Assembly: GCA_030141605.1 (NCBI GenBank)
Contig: JAQGDQ010000177.1
Span: forward strand, 1-64,000
Length of the DNA stretch: 64,000 bases
Direction: 5' to 3'
From: Tubiluchus corallicola
Lineage: Eukaryota > Animalia > Priapulida
Positions 1-12,600 of the stretch are shown here, piece by piece. Position 1 is the first letter of the stretch; each line of letters starts with the position of its first letter. Under the pieces are notes generated by a model that saw only the letters and a program-made list of their open reading frames with translations, had not been told where the DNA came from and did not search any database. Made by a program: the position numbers and the translations under genes.

Positions 1-46
1 CGCTCAGTGTACTGGCAATCACAATTTAGACAAGTGTGAAAGATTC

Positions 47-3000
47 ATGGAGCTAGATGCCGAGAATAAAACAAAGCTTGTTAAAGAAAAGAAATTATGT
101 TTCAACTGTTTAAAGGCTAAACATTTTTCCAGAACGTGCAATCGCCCAGGTTGTGCAGTGGAGAACTGCAATATGAAACATTCAAAGCTGTTACATGAGG
201 CCTTCACATTGGACAAGTCTGATGTTCAGCAAAATGAGAAGAAGCTTACTGAGGCAAGTAGTTGTGCCTGCAAGTCAATGCAGACTTCTACAAGAACTTC
301 TTTGCCTGTTGTTGCAGTTTTTGTCAAAACATCTGAACATGCCAAGGGAATGGTTACTCATGCTTTGTTAGATCCTGGCAGTAACAAGTCATTTTGTTCC
401 CGACAATTAGTTGAGAAGCTTGGCCTGCAAGGACACGAGCAGACTTTGTCATTATCAACTTTGAATAATGGGTCAATGGTTAAGGCACTGGAAATATCTC
501 TGTATGTCAGTCCGACCTTTGGCAAACCAGTTGATAGAGAAGTCATTTATCTTTCTAAAGTTTATGCCTTGGAGAAATTTCCATCTTTGCGGGATAGCGT
601 GGTTACCAGTTCAGATGTATGTAGTTGGGAGCATTTAAAGAATTTACGACTAGCTAACATGAGGCCAGCAGAAGATGTCTTATTACTGATTGGACAAGAC
701 TGTGCTCATGCATTTAAGCCTCTGCAAGTAAAGGCAGGGAATTCCGGAGAACCATATGCTGTACGGACGCCATTGGGCTGGGTTGTGAATGGACTTCATA
801 ATCTTGATTCTCAGAATTTGAATGCTGTCGTCAATGTCGTGCAATCTGATGAAGACTTAACAATCCAAGTGAAAAGATTTTGGGAAGTTGATTCATTGGA
901 TAATGTCGACAAGCGCAGTATGTCATTTGAGGACAAGGAAGTGCTAAATGTGTGGGACAGTTCAGCGCAACTAATAGAAGGTCACTATAACTTGGACATA
1001 CCATTTAAAGTGAATCCTCCTGATCTGCCCGATAATCGCAAGATAGCTGAGAAGCGTCTTCAGTCACTGAAGTACCGGCTCTCAAAGGACCCTGAGCTGC
1101 ATAAAAAATATACACTACGCATGAAGGAGCTTCTAGAAAAAGGTTATGCAGAGAAAGTTGCAGCATGTGACTTAGAAGGAACACCTGGATTTGTGTGGTA
1201 TCTCCCGCATCATGGTGTAGTGAATCCGAATAAGCCAAAACTTCGCATTGTCTTTGATTGCTCCGTCCTGTTTGAAGAGATTTCTTTAAATAAAGCTGTC
1301 AAATAAGGGCCCGACTTGACAAACGGTTTGCTAGCTGTTCTGATTCGATTTCGGGAAGGCCCTGTGGCACTTATGTCTGACATAGAGGCCATGTTTAACC
1401 AGGTTGTAGTATCCAAACATCATCGAGATGTTTTGCGGTTTTGTACCTGGGACATACCATTTAAAGTGAATCCTCCTGATCTGCCCGATAATCGCAAGAT
1501 AGCTGAGAAGCGTCTTCAGTCACTGAAGTACCGGCTCTCAAAGGACCCTGACCTGCATAAAAAATATACACTACGCATGAAGGAGCTTCTAGAAAAAAGG
1601 TTATGCAGAGAAAGTTGCAGCATGTGACTTAGAAGGAACACCTGGATTTGTGTGGTATCTCCCGCATCATGGTGTAGTAAATCCAAATAAGCCAAAACTT
1701 CGCATTGTCTTTGATTGCTCCGTTCTGTTTGAAGAGATTTCTTTAAATAAAGCTGTCAAATAAGGGCCCGACTTGACAAACGGTTTGCTAGCTGTTCTGA
1801 TTCGATTTCGGGAAGGCCCTGTGGCACTTATGTCTGACATAGAGGCCATGTTTAACCAGGTTGTAGTATCCAAACATCATCGAGATGTTTTGCGGTTTTT
1901 GTGGTACCCAGATGGTGACCTGACAAAACAACCACAGGTCTACAGGATGACGAGGCATCTTTTTGGAGGCAATTGGAGCCCCAGTTGTGCGACATATGCT
2001 TTGCAGAAAACTGCCCTGGATAACATTCACAAGTTTGACAGCAAGATTATTGATGCAGTGCTTCGTGATTTTTATGTTGACGACTGTTTGAAGAGCTTTT
2101 TGACTGAGGATGATGCCACTGAGTTTGTAGTTAAATTGACAGAGCTGTTAGCCCGTGGTGGGTTCCATATAACTAAATGGATTAGCACTAGTGTCAAGGT
2201 ACTTGAAATGATTCCTGAAGAGGATAGAGCTGAATCTGTTCGAGAAATTGACATTTCAAAAGGTTCCTTGCCATTAGAAAGAGCTCTGGGCTTACGTTGG
2301 AATGTGGACAGAGATGAACTTTGTGTCCAAGCCAAGTTAAAGGAGAAGCCACTCACAAAGCGAGGTTTATTGAGTGTTCTTTCTTCCGTGTATGATCCTT
2401 TGGGTCTAGCCTGTCCTGTTACTCTTGTAGCAAAGAAGCTCTTTCAGCAAGAAAGCAGACTAAAGAAAGAATGGGACAGCCAGTTGTCTCCTGATGTTCA
2501 ATACCACTGGATTAACTGGATGAAGCAAGCTACAAATTTAGATCAGTTTGGTGTTGAGAGATGCTTCATGCCAAAGAACTTTGGACATGTGCTAAGATGT
2601 GAATTGCGTGTCTTTGGAGATGCATCTGAGGATGCTTATGCTGCCGTGGCATATATGCGGCTTGTGAATGCTGATGAGAAGATACACTGCTGTCTTGTTT
2701 TGGCCAAAGCACGCCTAGCTCCCATGCATAGAATGACTGTTCCTAGGCTAGAGCTATCAGCAACTGTACTTGCTGTTAAGATCGGCCAGACAATCTCGCG
2801 TGAGTTGAGAACCGACATAGATGAGACCTGGTACTGGACTGACAGCAGTATAGTTCTGGGCTACATACACAACACTGATAAACGCTTCAAAACGTTTGTA
2901 GCTAACAGGCTTGGTATTATACATGAAGCTTCTATGCCTTCTCAATGGCACCATATCAGAAGTGAGGACAACGTTGCTGATGATGCTTCAAGAGGCTTGT

Positions 3001-4622
3001 CAGTTGATGAACTACTTCAGCAGAAAAAATGGATTAATGGTCCTGAGTTTTTGTGGTTGCCAAAATCTGAATGGATAGAACTCGAGGTAAAAAATTTGCA
3101 TCATCCAGAAATGGAAATCAAGCGTGAAAGTGTGAAATCTCAGAAAGCTGCATCATGTGGTGCAGTGGCATCAGTAGAAGCCGAGTCGGATGCTTTAGAA
3201 AATATGTTTAAGAGGCACTCGTCGTGGTACAGGTTGCGAAAATCTGTCGGCTGTATCCTGCGCCTGCGGAACATTCTACTGAGCAAAGCTAGAGGAATGG
3301 ATGCTAAGTCCTTTGATGACAGTTTATCTGTTGAAGAACTGCAGCAGGCAGAGATCAGCATTGTCAAATATCTACAGTACAAGTACTTGAAAAATGACAA
3401 TGGAATGAAAACTCTCAGGAAGTTAAATCCAGTCATAGATTCCAATGGAGTAATGTGTGTAGGTGGCCGTGTGAAGAGCATGCACCAGATGATTCTGCCG
3501 AAACATCACCACATAGTAGACCTGATTATACGTGAAGCACATGAAATGTCAGGACATTCTGGACGAGAGTATGTGGTTGCCAAGCTGAGACAGAAGTACT
3601 GGATCATCAAGGTTAGAACCAGAGTCAGATCACTCTTATCGAGCTGCATAGTCTGTAGACGACGTGATGGTGTTCCATTGTCTCAAAAAATGGCTGATCT
3701 GCCAGATGATCGCGTGTCTCCAGCTCTGTCTGCCTTCACAGCTGTTGGTGTGGACTGCTTTGGTCCGTTTTTTGTCAAAAGAGGTCGTTCAGAGGTGAAG
3801 AGATACGGATGTGTCTTCACTTGCCTGACTATTCGTGCTATTCACATAGAGGTACTGCATTCCCTGGAGACTGATAGTTTCATTAACGCTCTTTTCAGAT
3901 TTATTTCTCGCCGTGGGCCTCCGTCTGTCATCCGATCTGACAATGGCACTAACTTTGTCGGTGCAGAGAAAGAATTGAGATCAGCAATATGCGACTGGGA
4001 TCAGCAGAAGATTACAGATGTTCTACGGAAGCGTCATGTACAATGGATCTTTAACACACCAGGTGCATCCCATCATGGTGGAGCTTGGGAAAGGATGATC
4101 CGATCCATTCGCAGAGTTGCATTTTCTATATGCAGTGAGCAAAGGCTTGACGATGAAAGCTTGCCTACTCTGATGTGCATGGTAGAGTCCATTATAAATG
4201 ATAGGCCGATCACAACAGTGTCAGATGATCCAAATGATCTTGAGGCTCTCACTCCAAACCACTTACTGTTGTTAAGAGCTGGATCAGTACCTGTCAAGCT
4301 CTTTGATTATTCTGACTTATATAGGCGAAGATGGCGCCAGGTACAGTATTTGACAGATGTCTTTTGGCGGCGATGAACTCATGAATATCTTCCGATGCTG
4401 CAACAATTTCAAAAGTGGGAGAAGCAGAAGGAAAATCTCAAGTGTGGAGATGTTGTTCTATTAATCGACAACACCTTGCCAAGAAACCGTTGGGAACTTG
4501 GACGGATTATGGATACTTATCCGGGTAAAGATGGCTTGGTCCGCTCTGTGTTGCTCAAGACAAAGTCGTCAACTCTGAAACGGCCTGTGCAGAAACTTTG
4601 TCTGCTTGAGCGTGTTTCATAA
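47..4622 (+). pseudogene. BEL/Pao gag-pol polyprotein, disrupted
   Basis: ORFs 47-1306, 1773-4376 and 4395-4622 are consecutive pieces of one polyprotein. Breaks: TAA at 1304-1306 (and 1761-1763 in the duplicate) in the usual xxGPDL motif, TGA at 4374-4376 in FWRR-W, and a ~457-bp tandem duplication with a +1 A. Confidence 0.9.
994..1900 (+). repeat. ~457-bp tandem duplication inside BEL pol
   Basis: 994-1443 is repeated at 1450-1900 with about 5 visible differences (GAG/GAC, extra A, GTG/GTA, CCG/CCA, GTC/GTT). Confidence 0.92.
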
Positions 4623-4720
4623 ACTGCAGTTTTGTGTTCCAAAATGAGGTTAAAGTTTAATGATTGATAAATATTTTGTTATGTTTCACGTTCCAGATAG
4701 AACATTCAAAGGGGGCGGGG

Positions 4721-5183
4721 TGTTGCAGGTGCAAATGTTTTGGTCCATTACCTCTTCTCAAGGTAGAATATGCATTAGAAGCCATAATACATTAGACTGT
4801 AGCTCAACCTCTAGACTAATTTTTCTACTCTGACATTGTATAGGTGGAACTTGTTATGTACACATGTCTCTGTTACATTTGAAATTTGGCTTTTAATTAT
4901 ACTGTTACCTTTTACTGACATTCTGGCTTTTTCTCGGCTCAATATTGGACCAACAATGTATGTATGCATTTTAGCTTTTAGTGTAATGTAGTAATCTGTA
5001 GCACTTATTTTCTTGCACTTGTTTCAGTAGATTTGTAGATGTAGTAATTGTAGACTATAGGAAATTTGTATTTTTGCAGAATAAACTACATAGATATGGG
5101 AACGCAACTTTGATTTGAGCGTATACATTACATGTATAACATGTAGTTACTTGTGTAACTGTGTAAAAAGCAGCGATGCAACA
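4721..5183 (+). repeat. 3' LTR of the BEL element (463 bp)
   Basis: Begins TGTTGCA directly after the purine tract and ends TGCAACA (7-bp inverted termini, TG...CA). AATAAA at 5080-5085. Confidence 0.85.
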
Positions 5184-5326
5184 TTTCATATTTCTACAGA
5201 TATGAATTGTGACTAGTTTGGTCATTTAGCAATATTAGACTAGTATTTAATAAAACCTATGCTAGACCTAATCATTACTTTTCCTGATTTGTGTTGATTT
5301 TTCGCACTTTAAAGAAAAGACTCTTA

Positions 5327-6489
5327 ATCAAGGCTGGATTACCCTAAAGGCTACAGCTTAGGGCCCCTTTGGCGAGCCAAAGCTTGAGAGGCCCTGCAAA
5401 ATATATTTTCAAACATATGTATATATATCACATATATATATATACATATATTAAACAGCACAAATATATACTGCATAAAGTTATATAAGTACACATCGAT
5501 AAAACGATTGCTCTGCTCAACTTGCAAACCTTTTATTTAAATAATAATTTTCAAGTAACTTTAACTTGATGTTCAGCCATGCATAATAAAACCATAAGAA
5601 CATGATCACAGAACATAGAACTCTTACAATAATTCACTTCAAACCCTGAATCATGTGTATCACAGTACCATCAAAACTGAAATGGAAGCATCTAAATAAT
5701 GGTTATACAAAACGTCTATGATACTTAATAACATAAAGAAATAATATCTATACATTGCAACGTTATATCTAAGCAACTATTAGTGAAATTATAAATTATA
5801 ATTTCTGCATTTAACGATGAACGAAATCAAGGCTGGATTACCCTAAAGGCTAGTATAGGTTGCAGCTTAGGGCCCTTTGGGGTGCCAAAGTTTGAGGGGC
5901 TCTGCTAAATATATTTTCAAACATATACTTATTAAACAGCACAAATATGTATAGTCAACCTCAGGCTTAAGGTACTCGCTTATAAGAGACACTTGCTTAT
6001 AAGGGACCACCAACACCGTTCCCAATTTTTCGTGACATTATTCTATGTACACAATCTTCGTATATAAGGTACTCGGATATAAGGGACTTTTGATTATAAG
6101 GAACGTTTTTTTCCGGTCCCGAGGTGACCCTTATATCCGAGGTTGACTGTACTGCATAAAGTTATATAAGTACACATCGATAATAATTAACTTGCTCGAC
6201 TTGCAAACCTTTTTAAATTAAATAATTTTCAAGTAACTTTAACATGATTTTCAGTCATGCATAAAAAACCATAAGAACATGATCACAAAACATAGAACTC
6301 TTACAAACCCTGAATCATGTGTATCACAGTACCATCAACTGAAATGAAAGCATCTAAATAATGGTTATACAAAACGTCTATGATACTTAATAACATAAAG
6401 AAATAATATCTATGCATTGCAACATTATATCTAAGCAACTATAAATAAAATTAAAATATGATAATCTCTGCATTTAATGATGAACGAAA
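5327..6489 (+). repeat. ~500-bp tandem duplication; the second copy is interrupted by a MITE
   Basis: AATCAAGGCTGGATTACCCTAAAGGCTA...GATGAACGAAA occurs at ~5327-5827 and again at ~5826-6489. The start resembles an hAT-type MITE end (compare 13290-13357). Confidence 0.85.
5952..6149 (+). mobile_element. pogo/Tigger-type (Tc1/mariner) MITE, short 198-bp form
   Basis: TIRs TAGTCAACCTC...GAGGTTGACTG with TA on both sides (5950-5951, 6150-6151). Absent from the paralogous copy at ~5469. Many internal TATAAGG repeats. Confidence 0.88.
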
Positions 6490-6634
6490 CACAAACGGGC
6501 AAGCTAGTAGCATTCACCACTCTCCAGTCATAACCATTCGACAATTGTTCTGACCACTGGCCATTTCAGTCCACTACTGTCAACATTACAAAGCTAAACT
6601 ACTGTTGCTATCACGGACTGCAGCTTTTGTTGTT

Positions 6635-9600
6635 TCAGACTTGTGAGATTTCGATCATAGCAATTTCGCCACTATTAACTGAAAATAAAAAATCGTGAAA
6701 TCATTTCAATGCAACTACATTTCAAGTGAAACAAACTACTATTACAAATGTTTCGATGCAGAAATGTATAAAACAGTGAAAAGAAACACCAATTTTGAAA
6801 ATTGCAACTACAAATTAGAAACTCTAGCCGAGAGGTGCGAAAAAGCTGCAAAAAGCTATTTTTGGATGTACAGAAAGATTCTCAGAACCTAAACAATTTA
6901 CTCCCTCCCCTTCCACAGACTAAACATTACAACCCCAGAAACAGCAAACCCTGGGACAATCAATTTAAATTATCTATAATCAGAACTGAATGATATAGAA
7001 AATGTTTTATTCTCTACTGCTTATTTAATTGTTAATGAGTTTTCATCTGTACTTAGCTAACCACTGCATATTTGTGCAATTTTATTCGGATCTCTGCTCA
7101 AATTTTTTGTTTAGTAATCTTTACATTGCATTTTTAAAATTTTAAATATGTGCATTATAAATTTTAAAAGCTGTGTATTTAGAGTAACAATGACGGCTGC
7201 TGCATCAGCTCAATAACTTCAGTTAATTATGCTTTACTAGACTTTACTTAATTATGCATTAGTCTGTGATTTACTCGCAGAATCTTGCTTGGGAACAAGA
7301 AAAAATGAACTAAGTAAGGTTCTAGCTAGCTGTAAAACTGTTGCTATTACAACAGCATGGGTTGCGAGGCATTGTCAGTGTACACAAATGCCCTGTCTGG
7401 TACACTTAACCTTTGACCTTTTCATGATCATCATCAATCGCTGGAACTGTGAAAAGCTTATTATCACTGTCCAGCAGGCACTAGTCCATCACATCTTAAT
7501 GAACAATTATGTAATGAACAACGATAAACGATAAACGACAATCTTAATGAACAACTAAACATTAAAAGCTTTACCACTAGTGCTCCACTGTTAATGCTGG
7601 TCAGTGGCCACCCAAGTAGCAATGGATTGTAATACAATGACTAAAATGTACATTAAAATGACTCAAATGAGCTGCATGTACAGTTAATGTTTGGAAGTTT
7701 CCAATCATTTGACCCAATACAACACTCTTCTTACTCTGATGGCACAAAAATGTGCACAATAATTTCTACCAGCGATTTTGATAAGATATCGATCGACATG
7801 CAACCAGCCAGGCCGGCAGAATTTTTCATGAATGATAATTAAGAACCATTCAACTGTTAGCAATCTAATAAAATGTTTGATTTTAGTGGATCAGTTTGTG
7901 CAAAAACTCAGTGCATCATGTTTAGCCATTACGGAAAACCATCAGCACGATGTACCATGGCTAAGAGGGCCATATTCTCTGGAGCTGTACAGTACTAATA
8001 CACAGATCTACCAAAAAAGGTTCCTATGCTATATGCCATTTGCTAGATTCCCTACTGCTTGGCAAAGTATGTCGTAGAGATTTTTTGAAGGTGTCTTTAA
8101 GCTCTAGAAATTGAACTTAATAAGTGCAGGAGTCAAAATAGGATATAGTGAGTACTGAAAAATGTACAAAAGTAGTGAATACTGAAAAATGTATAAAGAG
8201 TAGTGAATACTGAAAAAATGTACAGGAGTAGTGAATACTGAAAAATGTATAAAGAGTAGTGAATACTGAAAAATGTACAAGAGTAGTGAATACTGGAAAA
8301 TGTACAAAGAGTAGTGAATACTGAAAAATGTACAAGTAGTGAATATTGAAAAATGTACAAGAGTAGTGAATACTGAAAAATATACAAGAGTAGTGAATAC
8401 TGAAAAATGTACAAGAGTAGTGAATACTGAAAAATGTACAAGAGTAGTGAATACTGAAAAATGTACCAAGAGCAGTGAATACTGAAAAATGTACCAAGAG
8501 TAGTGAATACTGAAAAATGTACCAAGAGTAGTGAATACTGAAAAATATACAAGAGTAGTGAATACTGGAAAATGTACAAGAGTAGTGAATACTGAAAAAT
8601 GTACAAGAGTAGTGAATACTGAAAAATGTACCAAGAGCAGTGAATACTGAAAAATGTACCAAGAGTAGTAAATACTGAAAAATATACAATAGTAGTGAAT
8701 AGTAAAAAATATACAAGAGTAGTGAATACTGAAAAATGTACAGTGTAAATACAAGATTTTTAAAATTATTTCAAAGGTTTCAGAAAATGCAATATATGGA
8801 CTTCAGGTCTATTGGAGTAGAGACTTTGAAAAGTTTGCAGTGAATACGGAAGCTTACACAAAAAGTAATGGCCGGATAAGCGAATACGGTTTTGCACCTC
8901 TATAAGAGTGCATATGACACCCCTTACCTTACATTTCTGCTTCGTATTTCATAGTGCAATTCTTAGTCTAGGCTTTACCTCTGTAACCAAAGCTCACGGC
9001 GCACATCCATGTATAAGACTATACCTGTATTTCAATTCTTACTGGCTATTTAGTTTATACACTGATCCATACATATAAGAGCTGTTCACATACCTGACAT
9101 GCCTGAATTTTTATTAAGAAATGCAGGCAGTGTTATACATTCTCTTGCAGCATTAATGTTTTGCCTACAAACTGCAGTGACTCTCTTGCAGTGGGTGGCA
9201 GTACAAATTACTGCCGTGAGAAAAGCAATGCAAATGACTGCACTTGTTGTTAGCCAACATACTTGTTTAAAAGCTCTCAGATTTTGAGTTGCTGTAAAAC
9301 AAAAACAATAAATCCACTACAAAGAAATAAAATTTAAACTTAACTAGATAAAGCATCCACGAAAGAATAAAACAATTATTAAAGCAAAACCGGACCCAAT
9401 CCTTAACTGTAGATCAAAACAATCTACTCTTTGAAATATTGAAAGGGAACACACTATTTTTTTTCAAAAATGACTTATGTGAAAGAATTATTACCACACG
9501 AACCCAATTTCGCGTTTGCGCCACTAGCTTTTCGCTGTTACATGCACTTCGCCATTCACTGGTTAAACGGGCACTAGCGCCTGCATTTCGGAAGCACATT

Positions 9601-12600
9601 ACACAAAAGCAGGTGCTGTACCTCTCAGTTCAGATGTGTTAGTTTCTGACGAACTATGCACGTTCGAGTTTTCAAATTTAAATTTTTATCTTAAAACTTG
9701 CCTAGTTTTAGTGCAACTTACTGAATATCTTACAGTAGCGCTGTACATCAATTTTCACTTTTGCAAACACGTGCAACACGCTCGTAGAATATTTTAGCTG
9801 TTGAAAATTATGTTAGTTTGTGACATCATCAATAGTTGGGTTCGTCCGCCCAATTAATTATTTAATTATCAGAAACACTTCTGCAGTCTTAATCGTGTTA
9901 AAATGTATACTTTTTATCAGACTTGAAAATGGGGTTATATGTGAAAAAAGATCCTGTCTTCCTTTAAAAAATCATTTTCACACTCGAGTGAGATTTCCGC
10001 CCGTTTTGAATTATGAACACAAGAAAAGAAACTGCTTTCAATATCGAGCGTATTTAATTAATATCAAAGTTGCACTCACACTCGTTTTTGCTGAGCATTT
10101 CCATGCCTAGATACGCTGCTTTAAAACTGTAGCCTAAAGCATTTACACCATAACAGATGTATTTCCCAGCATCTGTTTCCGTTACGTGCCTTAAAACCAG
10201 CTTGGAAACGTATATGTCTTTACTTTCAAGGTGCACGTCTTTGTGTCCCAAAGTCTGAAAAATCAATTAAGAAATAATGATAGTAACACAAGGAAGCCAG
10301 CTAAATTCAACCAAAAAAAGCCATCGAAAAGAACCTATGTGTGCATGATTTTTGATTTTCTGATCAGTGCGGCACAGGATTCCGCACATATGCCACTTTT
10401 TCTTAAATATAGAGAATTATGCCAAGGATTATTGTGCAACTAGCCGGTTAAATTCCTGCTTTCATTCTGATGTCTGCACTGATATCTCATATTCATATTC
10501 ATATAAGCAAATTCATTCAGATTCTCAATCAAGATTTTGCACGTAAGGCAAATAGCTGAGTATCGTAACATATGCTTGGCTATGAAATTACACAATGGCA
10601 AATCTGGTTAGTAAGTAGATGAGTGACGGATGCAAAACTGCTTTCAGGCATTTTCATCAGCCACATTTGCTCCCCGAGCTACTTACTTCTACCCGTATGG
10701 CATACACTTCCGAACTCCAAACATAGCTAAGGCACCGTCGGTATAAGGAGGCCCTGTCATTAAGTGACTTGCACTTTGTCAAACTATAAAAATGCTTTTC
10801 CAATTTTATAAAATTGGAATATAAAAATCTTGGATCAAGCTTACAAGATGTGCATGTGTTTTTTGTAGGTTTCTTTCATAGAAGGCAAGTCTTGCACAAC
10901 AAAAACTTCAAATGACTTAAACATTTGATCGTGCAAGGGCTTTTTTCTCTTCTTTTTCAAAGAACTACGTGAAATGATAAACAAAGAGCCTCAACAAATT
11001 ACTTTATATTGCTGCAAAAATGGTGACAGATCAAAACATTCAGCTCCATTACAGAATGACACAGCTTGAGATTCGACCTAGCAATTATTGGACACAAATG
11101 TCAAACTACGTTAAGCAGCACTGTTTATTAACACGATAAGTTGCCAATAAAAACAACCAACCTTGTAAAACATATATAACTTAGAAAAGAGTTTAAATAA
11201 ACGGCAGTACTAAGTTTCATAGTATACAAGTTTCAATTCTAATGAATGACTGCTGTGTGACCCAGCAGGGCTGGAGTGAAATTAATTTCAGTTAAGAGTT
11301 TAGCTAGATTGAGCAGTAACAAAAATTTTGAAAGTACCTAGGAACTCTAGTTAGTTTAAAAAACAGCACTATGAAAATGTACTTATATATTTATTGGGTA
11401 ATCACAATTACAAATCACACAATGCACACACCGATTATAAAGATTTCACACATATATAGAGCTACAAAAAACCTATACCACGTTATCAAGAACACAATTA
11501 CACAAGTCAAACTCGACAATTTAAACCAAAGACACAACATCAAACCTTGATGTATAAACCCAATGGCACAACACGAATATACATAAACACAAATGTCCTA
11601 CTAAATCTGAAGATATGCATTTCCATGAAGCAGTGGTAAATTTGAGTGAAGCAATAAAAATTTAAAATGCACAAGACTGTAAAAAGAGAATGTTTCATAC
11701 CTGAAAGGTGGTATTATTAAATGTAATAATATCATTATTTGCATCTTCATCAGGCTGCAGTTCTTTTAGCCACTGCAATAAAAACTGCTGATAACCAGCT
11801 AAATAGTAGCAATAAATATATGCAGCAAAAATCAGAACAGTTAATAACATTAATTATGGACACAACAAAAGAATCATTGAAAATTTATACAGATGGTAAA
11901 CAATCAATATCACAAAAATTTCATAAGCTCACAAACATTATTGATACGTATCGTTATTGCTAACATCCCTAGTTTGTATTTAAGCACTTAGTAATGCATC
12001 TGGCATATGCACTGATCCTCCACCATCATGATGGATGAAGAATATGTTGACGAGTGCTTTGTCTCAGAAACTACCATAGTCGAATCAACCACACCTACCA
12101 AATTGCTAAACGTTACAAAAACATGTTTGAGCATCATGCAAGCACAAGCGCATTTCTCACATTTAACAAATGCAATATTGTTGAATTGCACGTACTTGCA
12201 GAAAAGGAAACAGCCCAGAGCGTATCCTGCACCAAAAAGTAGCTGATTCACCTTCGCGCACGGTGACATTTACGGGGTCACTGCCTACCAAACTCGGCTT
12301 CCTCAGTCTATCTGTTAAAGCAAACGCATTGTATACAAAAACATAGCAATCGCATGCCGTTATTACGCAATTACGTGACTCCTAGTTTGTGGAATCAAAA
12401 CAATTGTTTCACTGTTATCACTACAACGATCGAAATATATCACTTCCAGTTCAAAAGAATCTGCACTACATTTGGATTACTTCTATTTATCAATTTGTTG
12501 CATTCCAGCTGACTGATTTACTTTTAACTAAGTCTTATCAATAATGATGAACTCAAAATATCACCAATACAATGTAACATGCCTATACCAGGATCTTATT

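Larger units (their letters stand above)
1..5183 (+). mobile_element. BEL/Pao LTR retrotransposon, 5' part outside the window, inactivated
   Basis: Translated ORFs give gag Zn knuckles (CFNCLKAKH..C, C..C...H..LLH), aspartic protease (ALLDPGS), RT (WYLPHH, LRIVFD, FYVDD), Pao-type RNase H (VFGDASEDAY, PRLEL, WTDS) and integrase (HH-CC; VDCFGP, SDNGTNF, GGAWERM), in the BEL order PR-RT-RH-IN. Purine tract AAAGGGGGCGGGG at 4708-4720, followed by the LTR. Confidence 0.95.

Noticed and set aside
1300-1320. Programmed stop-codon readthrough in the BEL polyprotein
   Set aside because: The TAA lies inside RT at a normally coding position, not at a gag-pol boundary; BEL elements usually have one ORF and there is a second nonsense change at 4374.
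8104-8754. Three long overlapping ORFs, and a possible CRISPR-like array
   Set aside because: Pure tandem minisatellite with no unique spacers, no cas genes and a eukaryotic context; the ORFs are repeat artefacts.
10687-10783. Alternative (IIIb/IIIc-like) Ig3 exon with TTTTATAG acceptor and GTAAGT donor
   Set aside because: In the required phase 0 it hits TAA after 7 codons and has no Ig motifs; at most a poison exon, with no support.
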